A DNA stretch of 64,000 nucleotides from Candidatus Hydrogenedentota bacterium. Lineage in GTDB: Bacteria > Hydrogenedentota > Hydrogenedentia > Hydrogenedentales > SLHB01. A program made the translations under genes and the position numbers. The notes beneath the pieces are model-generated. The model saw nothing but the letters and a program-made list of their open reading frames with translations. It had not been told where the DNA came from and ran no database searches. Shown here piece after piece: positions 29,852 through 39,280 of this stretch. Position 1 is the first letter of the stretch; the number at the start of each line of letters is the position of its first letter. The stretch spans positions 96,001-160,000 of the forward strand of contig CAXXTH010000011.1 of NCBI GenBank assembly GCA_963668025.2. The letters are read 5' to 3'.

Positions 29852-31339
29852 ATGAACCATCCTACATTAGAAGAATTTAGAAAAATAGCGAAGCCGGGCG
29901 CTTTGGTTCCCATCTACCGTGAGATATTAGCGGATTTGGAAACGCCTGTGGCGGCATACATGAAAATCGCCAAAGGGCAGCAATATGCCTTCTTGCTCGA
30001 GAGCGTCGAGCGCGCCGACACCATCGGCCGGTATTCGTTTCTCGGGTGCAATCCCTCGACGGTGTTTCAGTCCCGGGGGCGAACCGTGACCTTAACGCGC
30101 GAAGGGCGCTCGTCGTCGTACGAATCAGACGAGCCGCTCGGGGAACTGTGGAACTTGATGCAGGAATACAAACCCGTGGCTATCGAGGGGCTTCCCGAGT
30201 TTTATGGCGGGGCTGTCGGGTATCTTTCGTATGACCAAGTGCGGTTTTTCGAGAAGCTTCCCGACTCCAATCCGGATCCGCTGGAACTGCCGGATCTCTA
30301 TTTTATGATCACGGACACTATCTTGATTTTTGACCATGTGAATAACCGCATCAAGATCGTATCCAACGCCCATGTGAAAGCCGATCCGACTACGGCCTAT
30401 CATGACGCATGCCGCAAGATCGATGAACTGGAGCGGATGTTGCGCAAACCGCTGGTGGTGTCGAGTGAACGCGTCTGCACGGGCGAGATCGACTCGGAGC
30501 CGCGTTCGAGTTTCACCCGCGAAGGTTTCTGCGACGCCGTGCGCAAAGCAAAGGAATATATAGTCGCGGGCGATATCTTCCAGGTGGTGTTGTCGCAACG
30601 CTTCGAGCGGGAGGTGTATGCCAGCCCCGTCAATATCTACCGCGCCTTGCGCTGTATCAATCCCTCTCCGTACATGACGCTCGTGCAGTTTCCCGACTTC
30701 ACCTTGGTGGGTTCAAGCCCGGAAGTCATGACGCAAGTGAAGGGAAAGCGCTGCATGGTGCGGCCCATCGCGGGCACGCGCCCACGGGGAGCGAATTCAC
30801 TCGAAGACGCCGCTCTGGAAATAGACTTGCTGGCGGATGAAAAAGAGGTGGCCGAGCATGTCATGTTGGTGGATTTGGGGCGCAATGATATAGGCCGCAT
30901 TAGCAAGCCGGGAACCGTGCGCCCCGCGGATGGCAAGTTCATGTATGTCGAGCGCTACTCGCATGTCATGCATATTGTGACGGAAGTGGAGGGTGAGATG
31001 GCGGAAGGCGAGGACGCTTTTAGCGCATTGCGCGCGACATTCCCCATGGGCACCGTGAGCGGCGCGCCGAAGATTCGCGCCATGGAAATCATTGATGAGC
31101 TCGAGCCTATCCGCCGGGGGCCATATGCGGGGGGGTGCGGGTATATCAGTTTCTCGGGCGACATGGACACGTGCATCGTCATCCGCACGATGCTCATCAA
31201 AGATGGAAAAGCGTATGTCCAAGCCGGCGCGGGGATGGTGTACGACAGCGTGCCCGAGCGTGAATATGAAGAGACGGTCAATAAAGCCAAGGCGCTCTTC
31301 CGCGCCGTCGAACTGGCCGAGAAAGGACTCGAGCTATGA
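29852..31339 (+). CDS. trpE: Anthranilate synthase component I
   Basis: LLES, FQVVLSQ, NPSPYM, GSSPE, PIAGTRPRG, EHVMLVDLGRND, GAPKIRAM. Confidence 0.96.
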   Translation: MNHPTLEEFRKIAKPGALVPIYREILADLETPVAAYMKIAKGQQYAFLLESVERADTIGRYSFLGCNPSTVFQSRGRTVTLTREGRSSSYESDEPLGELWNLMQEYKPVAIEGLPEFYGGAVGYLSYDQVRFFEKLPDSNPDPLELPDLYFMITDTILIFDHVNNRIKIVSNAHVKADPTTAYHDACRKIDELERMLRKPLVVSSERVCTGEIDSEPRSSFTREGFCDAVRKAKEYIVAGDIFQVVLSQRFEREVYASPVNIYRALRCINPSPYMTLVQFPDFTLVGSSPEVMTQVKGKRCMVRPIAGTRPRGANSLEDAALEIDLLADEKEVAEHVMLVDLGRNDIGRISKPGTVRPADGKFMYVERYSHVMHIVTEVEGEMAEGEDAFSALRATFPMGTVSGAPKIRAMEIIDELEPIRRGPYAGGCGYISFSGDMDTCIVIRTMLIKDGKAYVQAGAGMVYDSVPEREYEETVNKAKALFRAVELAEKGLEL

Positions 31340-31905
31340 TCGTCATTATCGACAACTACGATTCGTTCACCTATAACCTGGTCCAGTATTTTGGCGAACT
31401 TGAATCCGATATCCGCGTCTTTCGCAATGACGCCATTGACGTGGCGGGTATCCGGGCGATAAATCCAGACAAGATAGTGGTGTCGCCTGGGCCTTGCACG
31501 CCCAACGAAGCGGGCATATCCATTGAGGTGATCAAGGAATTAGGCCCGGAGATTCCACTGTTGGGCGTGTGCCTAGGCCACCAAAGCATCGGAGCGGCAT
31601 TCGGAGGCGATGTAGTGGGTGCGGGCGTGATCATGCATGGCAAAATCTGCGAGATGACGCATACGGGCCATGCTTTTTTCAAGGATGTGCCGTCGCCTTT
31701 CAAGGCCACGCGCTATCATTCGCTGATCATCAAGCGCGAGACATGCCCGGTGGAACTAGAAATCACCGCCGAGACGCATGATGGGATCATCATGGCGGTG
31801 GCGCATCGGAAACACCCCATATTCGGCGTGCAATTCCACCCCGAGAGCATCCTTACGGAGCATGGAAAGACCATGATCCGGAACTTCATGGCGATGCGGA
31901 AGTAA
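31336..31905 (+). CDS. trpG: Anthranilate synthase component II (glutamine amidotransferase)
   Basis: IDNYDSFTYNL, SPGP, GVCLGHQ, RYHSL, QFHPES; ATGA overlap with trpE. Confidence 0.93.
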   Translation: MIVIIDNYDSFTYNLVQYFGELESDIRVFRNDAIDVAGIRAINPDKIVVSPGPCTPNEAGISIEVIKELGPEIPLLGVCLGHQSIGAAFGGDVVGAGVIMHGKICEMTHTGHAFFKDVPSPFKATRYHSLIIKRETCPVELEITAETHDGIIMAVAHRKHPIFGVQFHPESILTEHGKTMIRNFMAMRK

Positions 31906-31970
31906 GAAAGAGCATAAAGGTAATATGCCGCTTATTTGTGCCGTTCGGAATCCCCAATTGTTCGACGCCG

Positions 31971-32000
31971 GAACGCTCCAAGCCGTAACGGAGCGTTCCT
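31971..32000 (+). terminator. Possible terminator hairpin after trpG
   Basis: GGAACGCTCC-10 nt-GGAGCGTTCC perfect 10-bp stem; no clear U-tract. Confidence 0.45.
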
Positions 32001-32049
32001 GGCTAAGCTTGAATTGTTCTAAAGGCGTAAGACCAGCGGACTTAGCAGA

Positions 32050-32078
32050 TTGACTTCACATGCTTTTTGTGTTAGAGT
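32050..32078 (+). promoter_or_regulatory. Sigma70-type promoter
   Basis: TTGACT-17 bp-TAGAGT with TG extension, about 40 bp before ATG 32120. Confidence 0.6.
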
Positions 32079-32119
32079 CAAACGGCATTCACGGGGGTCA
32101 ACAAGCATTGGAGTAGCTG

Positions 32120-32695
32120 ATGGACAAGCGGCGTTACGGCAAAAAACAACAGAAAATCATTGACACATTGGATAAGAGCGTTCAGATGTGCCAAGAATTC
32201 CTAAATGACTGGTTGATGTTCAATCAAATCCTTATTCAATACCCAAGTCCTGGGGTGAATAAGGCGCAGCTTGAAAATAACTTTTTGAAAATCAAGAGCA
32301 AGCTCGCTCGCGAACATCAAGTGCTCCGCGATACATTGGCGGCGGATTATCGCTTTGACCCGAACATGATGAATATCGTATCGGGCGCTACGAATCTCGA
32401 GAGCATCTATGCCCAGTCGGAAGTGGCTGTGAAGAAACTCCAAAATGAATGGCATCGCGCATTCATTTCGATCAACGAGACGCTTGGCACCCTGCAAGAC
32501 AAAAAAACGCGCGCGGAGATGGGCGAGAAAGTATTTCTCGGCAATCCCGAAACGAGCGTGAAAGCGGGCATGTCGCCCTCCATGAAGAAGAATCTTATTA
32601 TAGTGGCGATTATCCTAATTATCGTTGGAATCATCGTATGCGTTCCGCAATTGCAGGCGATCTGGGTGGATGCGTTTAAACAATTGACCAAATAA
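32120..32695 (+). CDS. Hypothetical helical protein with C-terminal transmembrane anchor
   Basis: 191-aa ORF, SD GGAG, hydrophobic LIIVAIILIIVGIIVCV near C-terminus. Confidence 0.8.
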   Translation: MDKRRYGKKQQKIIDTLDKSVQMCQEFLNDWLMFNQILIQYPSPGVNKAQLENNFLKIKSKLAREHQVLRDTLAADYRFDPNMMNIVSGATNLESIYAQSEVAVKKLQNEWHRAFISINETLGTLQDKKTRAEMGEKVFLGNPETSVKAGMSPSMKKNLIIVAIILIIVGIIVCVPQLQAIWVDAFKQLTK

Positions 32696-32764
32696 CCCGA
32701 TGATCGATTCAGTGGCTCTCTTTTGTAGTAGTGTTTTTTTCTGTCCAGGCGGGGAGAATGGTAT

Positions 32765-33082
32765 ATGACGAAGCGGGAACTGGTCATGGAAGTGGCCGAA
32801 CGGCTTGGGTATACCCAGAATGAAGTGGCCGATATTGTCCAGACGGCCCTTGATGCGATCACGGAATCTTTGGCGGAAGGGCAGCGCCTCGAACTGCGTA
32901 ATTTTGGCGTCTTTGAGGTCAAGAAACGGGACGCCCGCATGGGGCGCAATCCGCGCACAGGGCAAGAAGTGCCCATCACCAGCAAGCGTGTCGCGTCCTT
33001 CAAACCGGGCAAAGCATTGAAAGAATATGTTCAGACGGGCGTAGCCCCTGAGCCGGAACGGGAAGAATCCACCTCACAATAG
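32765..33082 (+). CDS. ihfB: HU/IHF-family DNA-binding protein (IHF-beta-like)
   Basis: MTKREL, ELRNFGVF, GRNPRTG, FKPGK. Confidence 0.85.
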   Translation: MTKRELVMEVAERLGYTQNEVADIVQTALDAITESLAEGQRLELRNFGVFEVKKRDARMGRNPRTGQEVPITSKRVASFKPGKALKEYVQTGVAPEPEREESTSQ

Positions 33083-33136
33083 ATAGCATGCAGGCAATAG
33101 GCTCTGTCGGCAATCACTCATCTCAAGGAGCTGTTC

Positions 33137-33976
33137 ATGCCCGAAGATGACGCCCGCATGACGCTGGTCGAGCATCTCGCGGAATTACGAAAACGCTTAA
33201 TGTGGTCTCTTGCCGTCATTGGCATTTGCATGGTGGTGTGTTTTGGCTTTTCAAACCAGCTTTTTGCCCTGATCGCCCGCCCGCTGCTTCCGTTACAGGG
33301 CCAACAAGCGGCTATTACCGAGGCGGAATCACCCACTAGCGCTCCCACTGCGGAAACCCCGGAGGCCCAGCCCAAAGAGAAGTCGCTTTGGATCGCTTTG
33401 AGCCCGATGGAAGGATTCACGGTCAGCTTCAAACTAGCGGGATATGGCGGCTTGGTGCTGGCGTTTCCGTTTGTGCTGTATCAGATTTGCGCTTTCGTGT
33501 TTCCCGGCCTCAAACCTAAAGAGCGCCGGGCCGCCCAGTTTTTGATCGCAGGCTCCAGCATCTTGGTGATTGTAGGCGTGTGTGTGGCCTATTTCATGAT
33601 TTTGCCCGTGATTCTCCAGTATTTAGCGGCATACCTTCCCCCTTCCGTCGAACTCAAACTGCGCATGCGCGAGACCATCGGATTAATCCTCGCCATCCTC
33701 ATGGGATTCGCCATTGCATTTCAATTCCCCATGGTGGTGTTGGTGCTGGTCTATCTCGAATTACTAGATCCTGCTTCACTGCGCAAATGGCGCCGCATGG
33801 CGATAGTCGGCATCGCCATCGCCAGTGCGATATTGACACCGCCGGACCCATTCTCCATGATGATGATGATGATACCGTTATTGATTCTATATGAAATGAG
33901 CATTTGGCTGTCCTATTTGATTGTGCGAAAACGGCAGCACCAAGTTAAGGACGCTTTCACGCCTTCGGGCGAATAG
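33137..33976 (+). CDS. tatC: Twin-arginine translocase subunit TatC
   Basis: MTLVEHLAELRKRL, YQICAFVFPGL, FQFP, LTPPDPFS, LYE. Confidence 0.96.
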   Translation: MPEDDARMTLVEHLAELRKRLMWSLAVIGICMVVCFGFSNQLFALIARPLLPLQGQQAAITEAESPTSAPTAETPEAQPKEKSLWIALSPMEGFTVSFKLAGYGGLVLAFPFVLYQICAFVFPGLKPKERRAAQFLIAGSSILVIVGVCVAYFMILPVILQYLAAYLPPSVELKLRMRETIGLILAILMGFAIAFQFPMVVLVLVYLELLDPASLRKWRRMAIVGIAIASAILTPPDPFSMMMMMIPLLILYEMSIWLSYLIVRKRQHQVKDAFTPSGE

Positions 33977-33982
33977 GTGGAT

Positions 33983-34339
33983 ATGGGCCTGGGTTTTTAT
34001 GAGATCCTCATTATATTGGGAGTCGCCCTGCTGGTGCTTGGGCCGGAGAAATTCCCTGGCTTCGCCAAAATGGCTATCCGCGCGGTTCACGACCTTCGCA
34101 GCTATATGGATGAGATGAAGCGTGATATCGCGGGGGAATTGCGGCCTATGAAGGACGAGATACGCAAGCTTTCGCAGATAGATCCCATGTCGTTTGATGC
34201 GCCTCCGAAACCGGCGCCCGCGCCGTCGGCTCATCCAAACGTCCCAGATACCGAGCCGCCCACGCCTGAAAAGGACGAGAAGGCGCCCGAAGAAAAAGAA
34301 GACGAATCACAAGCGGATCAAAACAGTTCAACTCCGTGA
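33983..34339 (+). CDS. tatB: Twin-arginine translocase TatB/TatA-family subunit
   Basis: GFYEILIILGVALLVLGPEKFP, amphipathic helix, long acidic/Pro tail; GTG 33977 is an alternative start. Confidence 0.85.
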   Translation: MGLGFYEILIILGVALLVLGPEKFPGFAKMAIRAVHDLRSYMDEMKRDIAGELRPMKDEIRKLSQIDPMSFDAPPKPAPAPSAHPNVPDTEPPTPEKDEKAPEEKEDESQADQNSSTP

Positions 34340-34341
34340 GC

Positions 34342-34552
34342 ACTAACAACCATAATCTTGTTTTCTTGCAAGGATTTTCTGTGTAAACCAATGTATTATA
34401 ATTGGTTAGGATCTACGATTTTTACATAGTATTTTTGTCGGTAAATCCTTTGAACGGTGGAGCAAGCCCCACCCTACCCATCTGAATTTTAGTGTATTTA
34501 GTGTATTTCGTGGTTTAAAATTCGGCTCTTTGGTTGTGGCTACGTTGCGCTA
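34342..34552 (+). mobile_element. Composite ~210-bp MITE/REP-like element, copy 3
   Basis: Colinear with 16845..17046; contains GGTGGAGCAAGCCCCACCCTAC, TTTAGTGTATTTAGTGTATTTCGTGG and TTTGGTTGTGGCTACG. Confidence 0.7.
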
Positions 34553-34557
34553 AAAAC

Positions 34558-34587
34558 GTATGCCGATGGGCGTTTCGCCCATGCTAC
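34558..34587. repeat. REP-like palindrome, family A
   Basis: ATGGGCGTTTCGCCCATGCTAC abutting the hydrolase stop codon. Confidence 0.7.
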
Positions 34588-35126
34588 TATTTGAGAAGCG
34601 GCAATACCGATTTGAATGCTGGCGTGCCTGCGGCGCGCAGAATTTCGAAGATCGCCATTTCGACCGTCACCACTTCCACGCCATGCTGGCGCATTCGTTC
34701 GAGGCCTGCCTGATGCTCTTCTGGGTCGCGGGAGCTTACGGCGTCGCGCGCCACGAAGACTTCAAATCCCATCTCTTTCGCGCCAAATGCTGTTTGCCAT
34801 ACGCATACATGCGTCTCAACACCCGCCAGTAAAAGCTGCTTGCGTTGAACACCCCGCATGGCCTCCGCGAAAACGGGATCTCCCGTGACACTAAACGATG
34901 TTTTGGGGATGGGATGCAATCCTCCCAGTTCGGAGGCGATGGCCTGTGTTGTTGGCCCTAAGCCTTTAGGATATTGCTCCGCCCACAGAATCGGCAGTTT
35001 TAACTGGCGGGCAAACCGGAGCAATTTCACTGTCCGTTCGAGCACGCGCTCTGCTTCATGGATCTTGGGGAGCAAATTATCTTGTAGATCAATGATAACC
35101 AGTGCCGTTGTCTCTAGATTTAAAAT
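34587..35126 (-). CDS. Isochorismatase-family (YcaC-like) hydrolase; start uncertain
   Basis: ALVIIDLQ, EQYPKGLGPT, KTSFS, GVETHVCVWQT, DAVSSR; best SD (AGAGGTG) precedes ATT 35126; upstream ATGs at 35186 and 35216 lack an SD. Confidence 0.88.
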   Translation of the reverse strand: MLNLETTALVIIDLQDNLLPKIHEAERVLERTVKLLRFARQLKLPILWAEQYPKGLGPTTQAIASELGGLHPIPKTSFSVTGDPVFAEAMRGVQRKQLLLAGVETHVCVWQTAFGAKEMGFEVFVARDAVSSRDPEEHQAGLERMRQHGVEVVTVEMAIFEILRAAGTPAFKSVLPLLK

Positions 35127-35247
35127 GCCGCACCTCTTTAGTTTTGCCCAAACGACCTCTTCTTGCAGAAATATGGCCAGTACCATATGATGTTTCGGGT
35201 ACACACTGCAAACCATTCCAACGAGGCATCCAAGAGGAGGGAGACTG

Positions 35248-36393
35248 ATGAGAATGACGTTTCATACTCGGCATGCCATAGGGGCGCTGATGCTGGCAAG
35301 CGTGATGGCCTTCACGCTGTCCGCTTCGGGGCAATTGCCCGCATCGACAAATGTAGAAGGATTCGGCCTGAAGATTTTCCGGGTCGAGTCGGGGCTATAC
35401 CCCTTCGTGCAGGTTTATTTCCGCACTTTCGACCAGGATATGCAGCCTCTCGTGAATTTGAATGAGCTTAATATCGGCGTCATGGTCAAGGGCCGCCCCT
35501 ACGATGTGGCGAAACGCCAGTATATGGTCCAGTCCATCCGCAACCGGGAGGAAGCCGTGCGCACGGTCATCGTGCTGGATTGCAGCAAGACCATGGCCGG
35601 AGCGCCATTTGACAACGCGAAACTCGCCACAGCGCGTTTTATCGATAGCAAACGGAACCAAGACCAAGTGGCCATCATCGCCGTGAATGATGCCGAGGGC
35701 GGCTACGAGATCGTATCGAACTTCGAGCGAGATCCGGAAGCGCTGGGGCGGCGGCTGGCGGATATAAAGTGCGACGCCAATACGACCTCGCTTTATGACG
35801 CCATCGGCCGCGCCATGCAGATGTGCGGCATGGTGTCGCAAGGCGGCACCCAAACCACGGATGCGGAATACATCATATCGAACTCTATCGTGGTCTTCTC
35901 GGACGGGAAAGACGAGAACAGCGCGCTGACACGGGAGGAGTTGAATACACGTATTGCAAATCTCAAGACGCCTATTCCCATCTATTCGCTCGCGTACACG
36001 CGCGTCGATCCGGTCCATCTAAAGAATCTCGAAGCCTTGTCGAAAAACTCATTCGGCGTGTATTACCCCATTGGTGAAACGGTTGAACGCATGCAAAAAG
36101 TCGTGGAGAGCATCCAAAATATTCTTCAAAACGATTATGTCGTGACTTTCCGGGCTTATTTGCCCGTGGACGGTGAGACGCATCAGCTCAAGATAGGACT
36201 CGAGTATCCTTCGCGCAGCGGGAAAATGACGTATCAAGGCGCTGAGTTTGAAGCTATTGAGCCGCCGCCCGTGCAGAAAGTTCTAGAAATACAAGCGAAG
36301 TTCAACGCAGCCCTTCAGGCGCTGGCCGACGGCAATCCCTACATGAGCAATCCGAACCTGCCTGCGCCAGCGGAGACGCCCAGCAACCCGTAG
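35248..36393 (+). CDS. Secreted von Willebrand factor A (VWA) domain protein
   Basis: Signal peptide; IVLDCSKTM (MIDAS DxSxT variant), TSLYDAI, VFSDGKDE; SD AGGAGGG. Confidence 0.85.
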   Translation: MRMTFHTRHAIGALMLASVMAFTLSASGQLPASTNVEGFGLKIFRVESGLYPFVQVYFRTFDQDMQPLVNLNELNIGVMVKGRPYDVAKRQYMVQSIRNREEAVRTVIVLDCSKTMAGAPFDNAKLATARFIDSKRNQDQVAIIAVNDAEGGYEIVSNFERDPEALGRRLADIKCDANTTSLYDAIGRAMQMCGMVSQGGTQTTDAEYIISNSIVVFSDGKDENSALTREELNTRIANLKTPIPIYSLAYTRVDPVHLKNLEALSKNSFGVYYPIGETVERMQKVVESIQNILQNDYVVTFRAYLPVDGETHQLKIGLEYPSRSGKMTYQGAEFEAIEPPPVQKVLEIQAKFNAALQALADGNPYMSNPNLPAPAETPSNP

Positions 36394-36438
36394 GGTGAGA
36401 GCTGGGTCTCGGGGTGTTGAGGGAGATGTGCAAGCCGC

Positions 36439-36487
36439 ATGGCATGGGCGTCCCTGCCCTTGCGCCTGGCTGAGACGGCCATGCCAC
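36439..36487. repeat. Degenerate REP-like doublet, family A
   Basis: ATGGCATGGGCGTCCCTGCCC...GGCTGAGACGGCCATGCCAC. Confidence 0.65.
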
Positions 36488-36521
36488 GGGAATTGGAGCC
36501 TGGAACTCGACGGAGAAGAGA

Positions 36522-39248
36522 ATGGACGACTCGATGAATGCGGTAGATCGGACATTCATGGCGCTAAGTGCGCGTATTGGTGATGAAGAGACGGCTCAGG
36601 GCGATGTGCAGCACATGCAGGGCGGGTTCCTCATCGCATTAAGCCCCTCATTGAGCCATCGGGAATACGCCCTAAGCTTCAAGCCCGCCACGATAGGGCG
36701 CGATGCGCAGCATTGCGATGTCGTATGCGTGGGCGACACCATCTCCCGGAAACATTGCGTTCTAATCACGGAAGATGGCTCGGCGTACCGCCTGCAAGAC
36801 TTGCATTCCACCAATGGCGTATATGTAAACCAGCGCCGGGTGAATGGCGAAACCGCGCTCACGGATGGCGATCTGATCGGCTTGGGCTCCGAGCACGTTG
36901 TTCATTTGCGTTTCCAGCGTGAAAGCGGGCGCAACCGCCCTTGGACGATTTCGCTTCCAAAGAAAGACGCTTGGGCCATTGGCCGTTCGCCCGCATGCGA
37001 TGTGTCTCTTGCGTTCGAATCCACGGTGTCATCGCGCCATGCCCTTGTGCGGCCCCGGGGCGGGCAGATCGAAGTGGCGGATTTGGGCAGCGTCAATGGC
37101 ACCTGGCTCAACGGACGCCGCGTGAAACGCGCCATTCTCGAGCCTACGGACTCCATCATGATCGGCTCCACGCTGCTGCGCTTCAGCCTTGAAGAGGATG
37201 GGGCGCTTCGGGCCATACGGCGCGATTGCGGCGACGAAATCGCCCTGGAATGCGTGGGGCTCACCCGTGATGTAGCGGGAGGCCGCCGCATTTTAGACCG
37301 TATCAGCCTCGCCATTCGCCCGGGCGAATTCGTGGGATTACTGGGCCCTAGCGGCGCGGGAAAATCGACGCTGCTCCAATCACTCAATGGCTACCATCCC
37401 GCGGCCTACGGCTGCGTGCTATTGAATGAAATGCCGCTATACCCCTGCTTCGACATGTTCCGCAACACGATTGGCTACGTGCCGCAGGACGACATTGTCT
37501 ATCCTGAACTCACCGTGGAAGACAGCTTGGACTATGTAGCGCGTTTGCGGCTGCCGCCCGATATGAGCGCCGGGCAGCGGCGCGATTTGATTCAAACCAC
37601 GCTCGAGACGCTTGGCCTGACGCATGTCCGCACCAGCCGCGTGCAAGAGCTGAGCGGTGGCCAGCGCAAGCGCGTTTCCATCGGGTGCGAATTGATCACG
37701 CGGCCCAGCCTGCTCTTTCTCGATGAACCCACCAGCGGCATGGATCCCAGCACGGAAGAGCGCCTCATGCGCCATTTCCAATCCATGGCGCAGCACGGCA
37801 CGACCGTGCTCATTACAACGCATATTCTGTATAACCTCGGCCTGTTGGACCGCGTGGTAATCTTGGCGCGGGGGCGCTTGGTCTTTTTCGGGACGCCCCA
37901 AGAGGCCATGGGTTTCTTCACTATTGGCGGCCAGCCGGTGGAGCGGCCCACGCAGATCTTCGAGCTTCTGGAAGGCGAGCATATCCATACCCGTACAAAT
38001 GACCAGGCCAGCGCAGGCGATGCAAAAGAAGCCGTGGCGGAAGAATATGCGCAGAAATACCGGGAATCGGACTTGTACAAGAAGCATGTAGGCGGCGAAT
38101 TTTCTGGTATTGCCCGTGAACTGCAAGAGATAAGCGCCCAATCCGGGGGGAAAACCACTTCACCGCGCCCTGGCGAACCATCGCAGCGGGCGGCATACCG
38201 GACACTCCTGGATAAACCCACGGCTGGCGCCCGCAAATCCATTACGTTGAATTGGTTCTCACCCCGCGCTTTGTGGACCCTCACCCGGCGCAACATGGAT
38301 ATCAAATTCGTGCCGCTTCGGCGCGCCCTCTTTTATTTCGCCGTGCCTATTGTGCTGGCGCTGGCCACGCTATCCCTGCGCACATCGTCTTTCCCTGACG
38401 ACGCCGAGGCAACACAACAACGCAGTGAGATTCGCAGTCTGCTGACATATACGATGCCCGGCGGCATGGGCTCCATTCCGCTTGGCGAGCCAATTAAGCG
38501 CCTCCTTGCCCCCGATGGAGCGAAGGATCCCCGTCCCGCCGAGGATGTCGTCTTCGCCCTTAAACACGAGGGCCTTCCGAATTTGCCAACACCGATAAGC
38601 GTGCTGCTCATGTTCGTCATGACCGCCGTATTCATGGGCACGCTGATGTCCTGCCTGGATCTCTCGACGGAACGGCCCATCTATATCCGCGAGCGCATGG
38701 CCAACCAAAAAATCGCGGACTATATCGGGTCGAAGCTGCCCTTTCTCTTGCTGATAACCGCCGCGCAATGCCTGTTGTTCTTGATGCTCTGCCGGCTCAA
38801 GCCTGGCCTGCGCTATTTTGATTTTCCGGCGACGGCCCTTGCCATGGTGGCCATGGCCTGGACCTCCTGCGCCATGGGCCTCTTCTTGAGCGCCATAGAC
38901 CCCAGCCCCGGCCGGTTTTCCGTGATCTTGGCCATTGTGGCGGTGCTGCCGCAATTGGTGCTCTCGGGAGGCCTTGGCCCGGATTTTTACGGGGGCATGC
39001 CGAAAGCGCTGCGCCTGGTTGCCGACGCATTTCCCGCCCGGTGGGGCTTGGAAATGTTGATGACTTCGTTTTACTACCACCCTAGCCGCACCGCGCTTGC
39101 CTGGATCCAGGATTTCACGCCAAACTCCATTGGATTTCGTTTTGGTCCGCAGGTATACTGGAACGGCACGGCAGTCCTGTTTTTACAGGGTGTTTGGTGG
39201 CTTGTGTTGTGCGGGATGGCGCTTAAACGGCTCGACCGGGCCCGATAA
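36522..39248 (+). CDS. FHA-FHA-ABC ATPase-permease fusion (Rv1747-like architecture)
   Basis: Two FHA domains (IGR..SRKH..STNG; IGR..SSRH..SVNG), Walker A GPSGAGKST, LSGGQRKR, LLFLDEP, H-loop ITTH, C-terminal ABC-2-type TM helices. Confidence 0.92.
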   Translation: MDDSMNAVDRTFMALSARIGDEETAQGDVQHMQGGFLIALSPSLSHREYALSFKPATIGRDAQHCDVVCVGDTISRKHCVLITEDGSAYRLQDLHSTNGVYVNQRRVNGETALTDGDLIGLGSEHVVHLRFQRESGRNRPWTISLPKKDAWAIGRSPACDVSLAFESTVSSRHALVRPRGGQIEVADLGSVNGTWLNGRRVKRAILEPTDSIMIGSTLLRFSLEEDGALRAIRRDCGDEIALECVGLTRDVAGGRRILDRISLAIRPGEFVGLLGPSGAGKSTLLQSLNGYHPAAYGCVLLNEMPLYPCFDMFRNTIGYVPQDDIVYPELTVEDSLDYVARLRLPPDMSAGQRRDLIQTTLETLGLTHVRTSRVQELSGGQRKRVSIGCELITRPSLLFLDEPTSGMDPSTEERLMRHFQSMAQHGTTVLITTHILYNLGLLDRVVILARGRLVFFGTPQEAMGFFTIGGQPVERPTQIFELLEGEHIHTRTNDQASAGDAKEAVAEEYAQKYRESDLYKKHVGGEFSGIARELQEISAQSGGKTTSPRPGEPSQRAAYRTLLDKPTAGARKSITLNWFSPRALWTLTRRNMDIKFVPLRRALFYFAVPIVLALATLSLRTSSFPDDAEATQQRSEIRSLLTYTMPGGMGSIPLGEPIKRLLAPDGAKDPRPAEDVVFALKHEGLPNLPTPISVLLMFVMTAVFMGTLMSCLDLSTERPIYIRERMANQKIADYIGSKLPFLLLITAAQCLLFLMLCRLKPGLRYFDFPATALAMVAMAWTSCAMGLFLSAIDPSPGRFSVILAIVAVLPQLVLSGGLGPDFYGGMPKALRLVADAFPARWGLEMLMTSFYYHPSRTALAWIQDFTPNSIGFRFGPQVYWNGTAVLFLQGVWWLVLCGMALKRLDRAR

Positions 39249-39280
39249 GAGAGCCAGCCCATTCATAGCCGCCAGAGGAT

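Noticed and set aside
33857-33871. (ATG)5 microsatellite in tatC
   Set aside because: Encodes MMMMM in a normal hydrophobic helix; triplet unit, no phase-variation signal
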